A stretch of 60,557 nucleotides of DNA, counting the filler, from Sphacelaria rigidula (Eukaryota), in assembly GCA_964200075.2 (NCBI GenBank). It is 9 parts of 9 records of this genome, joined end to end, with 100 filler letters (N's around TTAATTAATTAA, not from the genome) between each part and the next. Parts side by side here need not be neighbours in the genome. Positions count along the whole stretch, not along the records: positions 1 to 6,640 come from CAXNAA020018894.1; positions 6,741 to 13,380 come from CAXNAA020018895.1; 7 more parts are not named here. One strand, given 5' to 3'. Shown one piece after another: positions 1-12,466 of this stretch (position 1 is its first letter; the number at the start of each line of letters is the position of its first letter). The notes below the pieces were generated by a model, which saw nothing but the letters and a program-made list of their open reading frames with translations, did no database searches and was not told the origin of the DNA. A program made the translations under genes and the position numbers.

Positions 1-678
1 GTCCCTCACTGAATAGCCCTCTTGTCCAGATCGTCTGGCAGAGGCTATAGTCCACACCAAAATCTTTTAAGCGGATGATGACGATTTTTGTTGTGGACCC
101 TCCCTGGAGCACGGGGAGACGATATATCCCCTCACCTTCACCTAATTCGTTATCGATCTCGAGATACGGCGCACATAAGTTTTCATAATAAAACCAGTAT
201 ATTACGAGCAGAGGCACTAGATTACATACATCTGGATATCGCGTCTCAGTTTTTGGGAGTTGTGCTATGAGATTTGGCACGGAGAACCGCTAGTGCATGA
301 TGAAATACAAATCACGGCTTTGTTGGGTTTCTTTTCGTTTTTTTATTTTTTTTCGTGTTTTTAAGGAAGATTCGAGGAGAAATAATTATTGCTCTTAAGA
401 CTTATCTGAATTCTTCAGCTCGATTTTTGGAATTGTGGATTGAAACTTGGCATGCAAAACGACAGAGATGCAGAGTAAAACAAACAGGCCTTCATTATTT
501 TTTATGAGAGGTTCGGGCGTTCTCGTAAAAAAATGGCCGTTACTATACTCAAACGCCCTCGATCAATGAAAAAATAAAACAAAAACCAACCTCACAATTT
601 TCTTTGGTTCATAGTTTCAACTTACAAACACCAAACTTGGGCCAATAAACGGCCTGCACAATGCTGTTCCGAATCTCC

Positions 679-999
679 GCCAGCCCGGTTTTCCGAAGGT
701 TAGCTCGCAATTTTTGTCTTGGAGTTGGGCGGTGAATTATGGTATGGACAATCAGCAGGGCATGAAGTACAGCTGTCTGTGAGGTCCCGAACTTTTTTTT
801 CACGAGTCGAGGGCAATAATCAGTTTTGAGGTTTTAGGTAAATGCCCCTAATACATGAAGAAAGAAAAAAACCTTCGGGACCTCACAGACAGCTGTACTT
901 TACGCGCCCTGTTGATTGTCCATACCAAATTTCACCGCCCAACTCCGAAAACAAAAGTGCGAATTCGCCTGCAAAGTACAAACCCGCTTGTAGGCTGGC
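679..999. repeat. Imperfect inverted repeat (MITE-like foldback)
   Basis: ~706-800 (ggagttgggcggtgaa...tacagctgtctgtgaggtcccgaa) is the reverse complement of ~865-964 (ttcgggacctcacagacagctgta...ttcaccgcccaactcc). Confidence 0.8.
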
Positions 1000-1787
1000 C
1001 CAGTCTGTATCTCACCCCAACAGTAACCGTGAAGCACCATCACAGAAGAACTTCACGTCTAAGGGCATTCTGATCCCTGGTTGGCCATGAATTTCCCCAC
1101 AATGCATGGCACACAATAACCACCGCCCGTGAATGCGTGTCGATGCGCCTATTTCGACACTGCATATCTCAGGAATCGCGGCGGCTGTCAGGCGAGGAAA
1201 GATTCCGACCGCGAGCGAACTCTCCTCGCTTCCCTGGCTTGGTATTCCGACGACTACGGTGAACACATGCCCCACGAGGATGCGACATATTTCTACATGA
1301 GAAACAAGAAGGTACTTACAAACGGCGGTTGGCGAGTCTCTGACTCATTCATCCGTAGTCTCGCGTGCGCGCTCAGCAGCTGCACTTGCAAATCTTATTT
1401 GTGCCGTGAGGAAAGCCGCTCTCACCACGCAGTGGCGCAACCGCGCGGCGTTGTGAGCACCCTCACCGAGACTTGCTATCTGTAATCGATACTTCTTTTC
1501 CAGCAACAGGCGCGCCTTTCAAACGTTTCCCGTCGCGCATCTTTCGTCGAGTCACGCTACGAAAGGCAGGGAAGTGTTTGAACCCACGAAAACATTGGCC
1601 CATAGGTACTTCAGACGACCCAAGACGCTCGCGGTGCACTAGTTCTGTGGTAAAAGCTGAGCAAAGCAGTATGAGCGAGTCTTATTTATTTAGGACAGGC
1701 GCGTTGGAACAACCGCTGCTGCCATCGACGGCAATTTCAAGTACAATATAAGACAAAAACAAAATAGGCCCAAAATCCTCCTTGCCG

Positions 1788-1823
<36 letters not shown>

Positions 1824-3545
1824 CCCCCCCCCCCCCCCCCTTCCCCCCCCCCCCCCCTTGTAAGCACCCCCCCCCCTCCTTTTCTCCCCCCCCCCCTACC
1901 CCCCNNNNNNNNNCCAAAATCCCCCTTGCCGCCCCCCCCCCCCCCCCGCTGCCCTACCGTAGCATAACCCTCTCCACTATCGATGTCACGCAAGCGCAGA
2001 TTTGAACGACCCCTTGCGTTACTTATTCCCCTCGATACATCGCGACCTTCGGCAGGAATTGTACGACACTTACGCGACCTTCGGCAGTCGTTAGCATGGC
2101 CTATTTTCACCTCACGCTGCGGAAACACCGCCCACACTACAAGATGCGCTCCGGATGCTCGTTTATGAAGTGCCACAGCTGCACGCTTTTTCACGACACC
2201 CTGAATGGTACAGCAGGTGTGAGGGTAACGGCAGACCCCGACACGATGAAGAAGGCCGCAGCGGGGCAAGCTGAGCATATGAAGGCGAGAATATCGTGAG
2301 CTCATTCTGTATATAGCGTTCCCACGACAACAAAATGCCGCGAGTAGGCTACGACAGCCCAACCCCCAGAGGTCATCAGGAGACTCTGGCCTCGTACTCT
2401 TGTTGAACACTTGGTGTTGGTTCAACCTCGAGAAGGACGCACATCGTTGCGCTCCACACGACAATTAAATTGCGTAGTTTTCTGCACCGGGCTGTGCCTC
2501 TGGTACACCGAGGTCGATTTTTCACTTCTTAGCTGTAAACAATCTGTCATCATGACCTCCTATTCATCTATTTTCTGCATGCCTCTTCGCCACCCTCGGC
2601 TTGTTCAGGACTCAAGGCCTTTTGTCATCGAACACTATCACACGTACAGTTGCGCTAGTAGTGCGTGGATTTGGACGCCTCTGCCGTTGTGTCCCTTCCC
2701 CCGCCCAGCACCATTTCATCCTCCTCTGAAGGCACGCTATCTCGCGAGTAGAGTGCCTCATTCGAGCTGCTGGCGGCATACAGTTCTTGACGGGCCTAAG
2801 CACGGGCATGTGTGTGTGTTGAGGTGTCGTGATCGGGAAGTGAACTTAATCAATCCCGCAGAGGCAAGTGCATTACCAGCCGCCCCTGAAAACGCTGCAC
2901 GTCGACATCGCCTTGCTCCTTCAGGTGTTGACGGCAGACCGACAGCGATTGGCCATCATCAGCTCCGGTGCCATTCGAGCAAGGGCGAACATCGAACCAC
3001 TCAAGTACGTGTCCACGCAAGCGGACGCAGCAGCCCAAACGGCATTCGCGCTACCGATGTGCTCGCCGTTGACACACGGCGCAGACAGGTGAGAGAGCGG
3101 TTATCGCGATAGCACGGGTAACGAAGCATGCTCCCCCCCATACCTTTGTATTTCAGTCCGATACGATGGTGTTTTCCTGCATTTCTTCAGGTTGTATACG
3201 TTTGTTCTACACCATTATGTCATTGTCTGCGCCCCCCTCGCTTCAAACTTTCCCCTGCTTTTCTCCGGCCCCTATAATTGGACGATTCCTTCCACCTTCA
3301 TTCTCTGCCCCTCATCTCGAAAAACACAACGGCACCACACAGTATTTTGCGTTTTCCACACCCGCATATATTCGTCGGCGTTACGGTTGACACATATATG
3401 TAGTGTTTCGGGCTTGCACCTACACCACGGGCCAAACCACGATTCATCCACAGGAACGTACATACCTTGAGCATCAGCCACCCCATACCGTTGGATGCGT
3501 TTCTCCTTCGCTCGCTAAAGAAACGGTTCCTCCCCACAATGGGAT

Positions 3546-3774
3546 GAGTGATGCTGCGATAGGGGTGCACAAAAACGGTATCAGATTAGACTTTTTAGGA
3601 GCCCTTTCTGTCGTCCTCAACACGAGTTTTGAAATAGATGTGCTAGGGATGTCCCAAATGAATTTGCAAACGGGGGTGCCCAGAACCATATTCTTAAGCA
3701 TCTAGGATCTTTAGGAGCCCCTGAACCAGACGGGATTCGGCCCCGAAAGTGCTACCCCTATCGGAACACCCCTC
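3546..3774. mobile_element. MITE with GAG...CTC termini (family A, copy 1)
   Basis: Ends gagtgatgctgcgatagggg / cccctatcggaacacccctc; flanks ggat/tgat. Internal sequence is homologous to 38750-39006 (atgaatttgcaaacgggg; ttaggagcccctgaaccagac). Confidence 0.75.
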
Positions 3775-5944
3775 TGATCAAGCAGTTCAAACTGCAAACA
3801 CCAGGTGGCGACAGCTCGTCCTAATTGGATGGCCGAGGACACCATCACTTGTTATCCCAAACACGCGCCCCTTACCGTCGATACCTCGAAACCAAAAAAG
3901 ACGCCCTCATGTCTGCCCCTACTCATGTTAGCACCGCACATCCCCGCTTCTGATACAGCTGTGATCGTCCTTGGCTACCACGTTGACAGCGACACACGGA
4001 GGTTTTGGTACTGGCACCTGACAGTACATGTGTGTAAATGTACCGTCAAGTGTGCGTGTATGCGCAGACTACATGAACGAGTGTATGATGCTGCTACGGC
4101 GCGGCCGATACGCCTTGAGTCCACATGTCTATTAATTTGTTTTATCTATCCTATGTCTTCGCCGTGCTTAACGTGCGCCCTCTCATTCTTTTCTGCGCCC
4201 TCCTCCCTTTCCTGCCAGAATTCGGTCTATCCTGTCCGGAATATGCTGTATTTTGGCGCAAATATCCTGTCTGAAGTGTGACGAATGTTCCAATGTGTTT
4301 TCTCACGACCGTTTTGCTGCAAAGACTGTATTCGGAGATTTGTCTCTTCCGAGACCGCAGGAGGTTTCGAGGCATATAGAGTTATTTATCGCCCTTCGAG
4401 GGTTTCTGTCATGAGCCGGGACGCAATAACAAATACATGAGTAGCTAATTCCCTGAATATCCATTCATGTTGCTTCAGTGGTGCATATGACTTCTGCTCG
4501 TGGGTATTGGCGATCGCCACGTCTGGCAGGGGCTATGCGGAGCGCCAAAACGTCATGACAGTACTTGCGGAAGGGCAGTTCGTGGAATTCTTCCTGTCCC
4601 CCCTGACAATCGGAGGAGGTGAGTCCCTGCTCTCCCACGCGATGTGCACGCACACACGGCATTCGTGAGCCAGACACCGCCCGCGATGACTTGCGTACCG
4701 CGGGACTCTCAAGCCACTCGGCTATCTTGCTTTCTTATCCGAGCAATCTGCTCGGGTGGCCTTTTTGTCTCCCGACCGAGAGTAACAGAGGAGTTGTTAC
4801 GGTATTCCTCGTAGCCAGCAACCCCCGAAAAAACTGACATTCGCGACCCTGACGCCGTCGTTGCTCGCCGCTGTGCAGGGTGCAATCTTATTTGCACTTC
4901 AATTCACCTCGCGTTTACCCGATTATTCGACTTGCACTGCACCGGCGACACACCAGCTTACATCGATGAGCTGTATCTGCGACTCGACAACTGTGCGGGG
5001 AAAAATAAGAACCACATCGTGCTGGGATACCTCGGATGTCTTGTGGCCCGTGGGACAATCGGCCGCGTCGAGATTAATTTCATGATGGTGGGACATACCC
5101 ACATCATGATAGACCAGGTCTTTTCGAGGTGCGTCGGGATTGTCTTTGCAGACAACAGTGACGAGTGGAGGGAATCATGTAGCATTGTGTCACGGAAAAA
5201 AATGGCTGTTCCCTCTACGAACCCTAGTGAATCCAACCAAGACGTTGATTTTAACCAGTACACGAACGGATTCACCCATCAGAACACCCGGTGATGGTTA
5301 CATCATCTATCCGCGACCCCGCTGTTCCTCCCCGTGACCAAGTCAAACTATTGTAATTTATCCGCGAATACGATGGGGGCAAGGAGACACCATCCCCACC
5401 GCACTGGAAGGGAGGGGGGGGGGGCGTACTAACGAAATCGTTCGCCTTCTTTACCGTAATAGGGCAGGCATGAAGCCGCACCCATTACTCAATACTCCAG
5501 CCATATTTGGGTATATTTTTTCGTTCATGTTTTCGTGTTTTTTTCTTCAGAGATAATTTCTCTCACTGCACGAGTACCTCTGCTGTTGTTGACACAGGTC
5601 ACATAAGTCATGCGTTGCCTCCATAGACGCAGTGGGCAAAACCCTGAGCGAAGATGAAATACTGCCTCCGGCAACGATATTCCACGCCGACACGGTGTCC
5701 AGATATATGCGCTTTCGAATTGCTGTAGGTGGACTGGACGTGAATCCACGATGATCCACAGTACACGTACTTACGCTCATAAATACCATAACGTGGGTCG
5801 AACAAACCGGCCTGATTTTGTACTAACATATTCAGGGATATATTTTATTTATATCGTATAGCGAGGTGGCGATGAGAATAAATCTAAATATATATATATA
5901 TATATATAGCAAGAAGCTACGAGGAAAGCATTGGAATTGTTGAC

Positions 5945-6193
5945 GACTGCTGCCGAGATAGCCCCCCCCCGAACCGGCCAAAAACGTGCACGGAGGCGAT
6001 GAGCGTAAATGCCGTCAGAGTTGGTATTGTGCTACATGACGCGACTCAATTGGGCGTTATAGCTTATTTTGGATTGCTACACGCCTCTCATGTGGGTGAA
6101 ATATCTGCAAACGAGCCCAATAGTGGGATCGCAGCCGGTTCGTCGGACGGTCTCCGGTGCACTTTTCGTGGGGGGGCTATCTCGGCATTCGTC
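5945..6193. mobile_element. MITE with GAC...GTC termini and perfect 4-bp TSD (tgac)
   Basis: Ends gactgctgccgagatagcccccc / ggggggctatctcggcattcgtc; tgac at 5941-5944 and 6194-6197. Confidence 0.8.
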
Positions 6194-6640
6194 TGACCAG
6201 GATTTCCATTCACTGCAAGGGAGTTTGCCTGTTCGCGAAAAGGCAGCAGGCAGAAGCTTTTCGCAAGGCATACACGGCACTAGAGGTGTTCACCACCACT
6301 CTTCGCTTCCTCGGCAACTTCAAAGGAGCCGTTGATGACGGTGGCCGTGTGCTGCCCATTCGTGGCGTGACTTAGCCCCGTTCATTCGAAATCCGCCCAG
6401 CGGGGACGGAGCAGGTGACCGTCGGCATGGAGAAGCACATGCATGCTGCAGTCTTCACGGGGGAGACGGCCGCCGGGATCTACGAGGGAGCCCCTCACCC
6501 GCTCTTCCTCATAGGTGTTCCAGATCTGGAGTGTGCACCTCCATTCGAGCTGAAGGAGGTGGATGCCGCACAGCGAGATAACATACTGGCTCGCTACAAC
6601 GCCGTCCACAGTCGACTAGCTGCCCTCTACCCCCTCGGTG

Positions 6641-6740
6641 NNNNNNNNNNNNNNNNNNNNNNNNNNNNNNNNNNNNNNNNNNNNTTAATTAATTAANNNN
6701 NNNNNNNNNNNNNNNNNNNNNNNNNNNNNNNNNNNNNNNN
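6641..6740. other. Artificial contig spacer (N-TTAATTAATTAA-N); repeated at 13381, 20121, 26861, 33601, 40341, 47080 and 53819
   Basis: Identical 100-nt spacers with stops in all six frames separate segments of 6639-6640 bp. Confidence 0.97.
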
Positions 6741-6800
6741 GCCCCATATTTTGTTTGAACCCCAAAATATAAAATCGGCTGTTATATGTCAGTGTAAAAG

Positions 6801-6906
6801 ATTTGAACAGCAGAGGCTGTTCGGAAAAATCCTCGTTTCGCTCAATTCGGAAATTCCAAAGTGGGCAAAACGAGGATTTATTCCGAACAGCCTCTGCTGT
6901 ACAAAT
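6801..6906. repeat. Near-perfect ~50-bp-stem hairpin
   Basis: atttgaacagcagaggctgttcggaaaaatcctcgtttcgctca pairs with tgggcaaaacgaggatttattccgaacagcctctgctgtacaaat. Confidence 0.85.
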
Positions 6907-7177
6907 TCCAAATATTATGCTGTAACAAGTACAGGGTTTTCACACAGCACGAGTGCGTTCAGAAATAATCCAGAAGATTTCGATATTGGCAGGAACCCTG
7001 GAGGGAAACCTTAATGTTGAAAACCTTCTAGAAGATTGCGAATGCCCAAGATAAGGTCCGACTTTGTTCAAGGTGAAAACTTTGTGCAGGGTGGCTCTAT
7101 TCTGATACCCTTTACGATGTGCGCGGCTGCGAAGGGACCGCATCGTGTATCCTTCGGCGAAAGGAAAGTGTCTACCT

Positions 7178-7272
7178 TAGAGCTCGGAAATGGTTTGTCT
7201 AACCATTAACCAGTTAAATGGTCCAATATAGTTATAATTGCCAGTTATAACTGGTACCATTTCCGAGCTCTA
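7178..7272. mobile_element. 95-bp hAT-like MITE
   Basis: Perfect 17-bp TIR tagagctcggaaatggt / accatttccgagctcta; 8-bp flanks gtctacct/gtccaact (6/8 match). Confidence 0.75.
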
Positions 7273-8339
7273 GTCCAACTGTGTATTTTTTGGCAAGATC
7301 TTTGCGGCCGGAACTTAACGGCGTGGTTCACAAATGCAACGACAGGTAGTTGATCATTTAATACCCTGGTTCCTCGTAAACCAATATCTCGCCCCATCTT
7401 GCAATTACCTCCTCACACGAGAATTTTTGAAAGACACATACACACAAATTCACACGAATGCACACACACAAACACACAGCCTGAAATACTCTAGTGGGGT
7501 TGGGTGCATCCTATTAGAAAATATGTGGCTTGATCTGCACACAAGGTATGCAGAGAGATAAGTTAACAGTTTTACAGATACGATTTTGCCCAACCTGTCA
7601 ATTGACGAAGGAAACTAGAGTTCACTGTCTCGGTAATAGTAAACTTCGCAGAATGCTGCGCATTACAGAGTTTCGAAGGATATTTTTTCCCATCATAGAG
7701 TCAGAGTTCAGAGTGGAAGTGTTCAAACTTCGGAGTAGACGCAAAAATGTTCACAGCGGAAGCTGATGTGACGTGGCTTGATGTGAATTTTTCCTGTCGC
7801 AGTGATAGACCGCAGGTTGCCCCGCCAAATGTGCGATCGGCTAGCGTTTAGTTCGGAAGTAAGTAAGTCGGCACAGTACCGACTGTACCGTACCCTGCGG
7901 CACCGTAGGTACCGTTCACTACGTTTCACTGCACCTGCAGTATTTCAATCCACTACGGCGTACTACAGGGCACTGTAATGCTGTAGTGCTGTAGGACTGT
8001 ATGAAGTGTGGAGTACGCATAGTGCAGGAGAGAGTGCAATGCAGAACCCTACAACAGTGTGTGCATTGCGGTACGGTGGACTACAGCGATACCATACAGT
8101 CACTTGTAAAGTAGTACAGTACGCAGCACTTTCAAACAACAGACAAGGTCGCATTGTAATGATTTTTCAACGTGCACTCATATCGATGGCGCAATACGTC
8201 ATGATCTCTGACGGAATGGCAATGCAGCCAGGTGTAGTACTGCTTGTGCGCTGTAGACTGGGAACCTAGCTGAGTCGGTGACCGGTGCTCCTCCTCCCCT
8301 CAGACTGATGGGCCCCACTGACTGGCGAAGCCCGCTCCT

Positions 8340-10290
8340 TCAGGTGCCCCCCCACCCGGCTCCGCCATTTCCGCCGTATGAATAGTTGTAGGAAAACCGC
8401 CCCTCAGTATCCGCTGCGGCCGCCGGTGCCCCTGGTGCTGGCGTTTTTGCCGTCGCCACCTCCGGGGCTGTTGGTGTTATCTTGACCGCCGCTGGCGGCT
8501 GGAGGGGCGGGCTTCTGACGGCTTCGTGCTTGCTGGTATGATCCGGGAGGCGGCAGCCGCGCCCCCGTGGGCATGTGAGGCCCCACCATGCTCGCAGGCA
8601 GACGCACGCCAGCGGGGCCCTTGACACCAAATCCGTGTTGAAGTTCGTGTTTGGTGGAGTGAGGTGCATCCACTGGGGCGGGTACGACGTAGGATGGGGG
8701 GCGACGCATTTTACCGCATTGCTCGCGCCTCCGTTGGGAAGCGCCTTCCGCGTGGTGGCTGTCTTGGGGGCGGACTGCGCGGCGAGTTCTGCGACGGTGA
8801 GAGCGGGGTTCTGCTCTCTGATGAGGCTGCTGGGGTGGCCGTCCGCGGTGAGCGTCTAGACGCGAGTGAACGCCGGTACCGGCGCTGCGGGTCCTTGCCC
8901 ATTGGAGGGTGGCGTGGAGGGTGTATCCATGCGGAGATCAGCCCGCAGCGTCCCTGTAGTCCGTCAGTCACCCATTGATGTCGTGGTTGAAATCGGTAAA
9001 TATCCGATTTTTGACGGCCGCCTCGTCTTTGTGTAGTTCCGCGTAGGTTTTGCCTGTGTAGGCGTCGAGCGCCGAGGCCATTCTTTCCAGCTCCCCCGTG
9101 ATGAAAGCCCTTCTATCCCGCCCGCCGCCATTGTCGTTGGTGCCGAGGTTGATTAGGATGACCAGCGCCTTGTTGAAAGTGGCAACGTGAACCTCGGCGC
9201 AGAAGTATGGTTTTTTTATTCCGGGAGCACCGGAGAGTGGAAGTTGGCGACATCCACACCGGGTAATGTCTGAAGGTTGATGAGCATGTTGTGGTTGGGG
9301 TCTACCACATCGCGGAGTTGAAGCTTGAGGTTTACGTCCGACATGGGAATGGAAATGGAGACTCCGCTCCTCAGGATGTGAAAAAGCAATTTGTTTTCGT
9401 CGAACAACCAACAACTGTTGATTTCCCGCTTCTCGTGCATTTCGTCTGCCTTCTTCCTACTGGCGAGAGCGGTGTTGGCCGCTCCCGTTGCTTGAATAAG
9501 CTGTTGGATCTACTCCCCTCCCCCACCGTTGAGAAGCTGGAGGAGTCAGTGGGCCTGGGATTGCAGCTGTGCTTGGTGGTATTGCTGGAGTTGAATTTGG
9601 TGGTGTTGCTGGTGCTCCCCGCCGCTGCGGCTGCGGCTTTTGATGTTGCTAATGCGGCTGCGGCTGTTGATCTTGCTGATGCGGCTGCGGCCCGCCGATG
9701 GGTGGCGGAGGTGGGCCGCTAGGGGCGGGCGGGGGCAGCCCGTCGGCTCTTCCTCCGACCAGCTGCTTCTGCTGTGCGGCGCTCGCCGTTCGACGACCGG
9801 CCCCGCCTGGCGGCTGTGGCTGCCCGTACTGGAGAGGTTGTATCTGGTGTTGAAGGGCCGTCAGGACTTGGCTCTGCTGCTGCCGTATTTGGGCGTTTTG
9901 CTGGCGTTGCTGTGCAAGGTGTTGCATGCTGATGTTGGTTTGCACCTGCCCTTGTATTATTTGTGCCATCAAGTCTGACGGCTGCATTGGGCCAGACGGG
10001 GGTCCTAGCAGATGTGGTGGGGGTGCTTGTGCGTCGTTACTACGCTGCCCGGCGCTGCCCCGCTAGCCAGCGTATTGGTCGGCGAGGGTTGCGTTGATGT
10101 GCGCGCCTCCGTCTTGTGGTGTCGCGACTCGATCTGGCTCCCCTCTTGCCGTTGTTGCCGTCCCTCTTTTTGCTCCCACTGTCTCCGTTGCGTCCATTGC
10201 TCGAACTCCTGATGTACCTCTGTATTGATGTTGGTCTTGGCCTTGTAGAGCTGCTGCCGCTGCTGCTGTTCCCGACGCTGGTGTGTCGGC
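8340..10290 (-). pseudogene. Decayed gag-like ORF (Q/P-rich, C-terminal CCCH zinc finger) of a tyrosine-recombinase element
   Basis: GC-rich coding-like fragments 9649-9987, 9216-9440, part of 8968-9414, and 8340-8669 chain through stops and frameshifts. A C-x8-C-x5-C-x4-H motif (CLRAWWGLTCPRGRGCRLPDH) lies at ~8538-8600. Adjacent to the YR ORF. Confidence 0.55.
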
Positions 10291-10881
10291 CGTTGTAAAA
10301 TCGATTAAGTGCCAGGGACTACTGTACTACTGAGACCGCTGGCGTGTCGCTGTCTTGGTCGTCTGAATTTGAGTGATACTGTCCCCTTCTTTGGTGCTCT
10401 TGCACCAGACCAGTCTCGCTCGCTTGGACAACACTCTGCAACAGTGGAGCTTCATCTACCCGAACTCTTATATTGCATTTCTAGTTCGGCATACGCCAGA
10501 ATTCATCCCTTATAATTCGTCATCCGCTAACACAAACCTCGTATTCTTGCAGAATACAACCAGACTGGTGCAAAAATCTATTTATTTCTGTTTTTAGGTT
10601 TGGTTAGGACGTGCCTCTGTGCACTACAGAAAACGGGAGATGTTCCCGTCATCGCTACCGTCCTCACATGCACACCACGTGCGAGCAATGACGGTTCCGC
10701 CAAGATCCAATCGGCGATTAGGGGTGTTAAGGCCTCTGTTATCGAGAAATAAAAATGGGAGTAAGGTCTGGAACATAATGTCCCGACAAGCAGACTAAAC
10801 CCGCGCTGAACTCGTGATACTATCGCAGGACAAAAGGGAGGCCCCGCCAGAGACGAGAAGGGCGTTGCGAAGCTAGTAGAA

Positions 10882-11907
10882 ATGCTAGTCCACGCGTCAA
10901 TTAACGCCAGCACAAGAAGCGGGTACGAGAAAAAGTTCGAAACGTGGTCGGAGTGGAGGGCCCGCCGAGAAAAGCCCGTATATGTGTCAAGAACCGACGG
11001 CGAGGCTAGCGCGGTCATCGATATCACTGAATTTATTGCGTGGCGGCTTTTTACGCACAAAAATCAGAGGGGGACAGTGCCGGGGTACTTGTCAGCGATA
11101 AGCTTTTACCACAAGATGCATACCGGTTGGGAGTTACCTATGAAACACTGTATGATAGCAGCCGTGCTCAAGGGAGTGAATCGAGTACACGCCAAATCGG
11201 AAGTTGGGCCTCGCGTGCGAAAACCGCTGACGCTACCGCTGTTGGTAGAAGGGAGAATGCTAGAGATGGGTACGACGCAGAGCCGTGTCACATGGATAGG
11301 CCTAGCCCTATCGTATTTTCTTCTATGCAGGGCCTCTGAAATCCGGGCATACAACGACGGCTCGGTACATCCAGATTTTTGCCTTCGGAGGGGAGACCTC
11401 ACTTTTTTCAGAGAAAACTCCCAACTGATCTGGTCAGACAGGGGCTTGGCCGATAGGGTCGAGGTGCGTTTTAGAGCCTCCAAGGCGGACCAAAAACGGC
11501 TAGGGGCGGTGGTATCTCGAACTAGAGTAGAGGAAAGCGCGCGGGGTGCCGAAAGATCTGAAAACACAGGGGCGCTAGAGCTCCTACTCGAGCTGCCTGA
11601 CTACCACCCAGAGTTAGGGGCAGAAGCTCCACTGATGCAGACCCTAGGTAAGACCGGGTGGGTAGCAGTCACGCGGGCACGCGCGACGAGCGCACTTAGG
11701 CAACTAATTTCCAGTACAGGGAGGGACCCGACGGAGTTCGCACTGCACTCCGGTAGGATCGGGGGAGCAACACACCTAGCGGCGCAGGGGGCGTCGCAAC
11801 TGCAGATTCAGAGGGCGGGGAGGTGGAAATCGCTGGCCTTCATGACGTACGTGAGAGCGGGGGGCGAAGGAGCAAAATTCGTATCGCAGGCACTCGCTGG
11901 GGAGTAA
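10882..11907 (+). CDS. Tyrosine recombinase (phage-integrase fold) of DIRS-group/Crypton-like type, intact 341 aa
   Basis: N-terminal STRSGYEKKFETW...YLSAISFYH core-binding region. Catalytic residues: R (LCRASE), K (SKADQ), HxxR (HSGRIG), W (GRW), Y (FMTYVR). No introns or internal stops. Confidence 0.92.
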   Translation: MLVHASINASTRSGYEKKFETWSEWRARREKPVYVSRTDGEASAVIDITEFIAWRLFTHKNQRGTVPGYLSAISFYHKMHTGWELPMKHCMIAAVLKGVNRVHAKSEVGPRVRKPLTLPLLVEGRMLEMGTTQSRVTWIGLALSYFLLCRASEIRAYNDGSVHPDFCLRRGDLTFFRENSQLIWSDRGLADRVEVRFRASKADQKRLGAVVSRTRVEESARGAERSENTGALELLLELPDYHPELGAEAPLMQTLGKTGWVAVTRARATSALRQLISSTGRDPTEFALHSGRIGGATHLAAQGASQLQIQRAGRWKSLAFMTYVRAGGEGAKFVSQALAGE

Positions 11908-12216
11908 AGTACAAACAAAGAAGAGAAGAAAAAATGAAATTTGAAGTGAAAAAAATTAGGAGAAGGAAAGAGGGAACAAATCGGGCTGCCCAATGGGGGT
12001 AAGAGTGACCTACCGCAAGGGCGGGCCAATATTAACTACAGTAGTCTCAGGTTAGCCCGATAGTTTCCCAACTGCGAGAGCGGGCTCTTTTTTTGTCTCG
12101 CAGTTTTGTTCGTGTTAGTTTTACGTCTTGTCTACATCCCAAATAACCCATAATTCTTGAGCCAAAAGCAAATGTGTGTATTCACAGTGTTACGCCGGGG
12201 AAAAAATTCGTTTTTT

Positions 12217-12466
12217 GAGCCATATTACGATAGGGGTGAGGGTATTTTGGGGCATTTGTTGCTCGAAATTTCGAGACAGATCGTCGTTGAAAGCAGCAAC
12301 GATTGTTCGAACAAGCTTGTTGTGGATCAATAACCCTCATCCATACTACCTGACACCGTTTGGAACCAAATACAAGCGCAACGCAAGTGTGGAAAGATGT
12401 CTGACACACTTATGAGCCTCTTCTTTCGTGCAACCAAATACCGCCCCCCCTATCGTAGGATGACTC
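12217..12466. mobile_element. MITE with GAG...CTC termini, TSD tttt (family B, copy 1)
   Basis: Ends gagccatattacgatagggg / cccctatcgtaggatgactc. An inverted homologous copy lies at 51432-51680. Confidence 0.85.

Larger units (their letters stand above)
1129..6640 (+). pseudogene. Intron-containing DDD-type DNA transposase pseudogene, Sola-like
   Basis: Colinear exon remnants: ~1129-1311 (WYSDDYGEHMPH...NKK|gt); 2056-2284 (ELYDTY, frameshift, YFHLTLRKHRPHYKMRSGCSFMKCHSC); 2925-3088 (KYVSTQADAAAQTAFALP); 4879-5128 (LYLRLDNCAGKNKNHIVLGYL...FMMVGHTHIMIDQVFSR|gt); 6201-6640 (ISIHCK...). The 5128/6201 splice is in phase (AG|G = R). DNCxGxNKN...GHTHxxID is a motif I associate with Sola-type transposases. 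The frameshift and an in-frame TAG at 6373-6375 indicate decay. Confidence 0.75.

Noticed and set aside
1682..2464. Gly-rich and Pro-rich ORFs here and at 21332-21631 and 40385-40684
   Set aside because: They are translations of poly-C/G tracts containing Ns.
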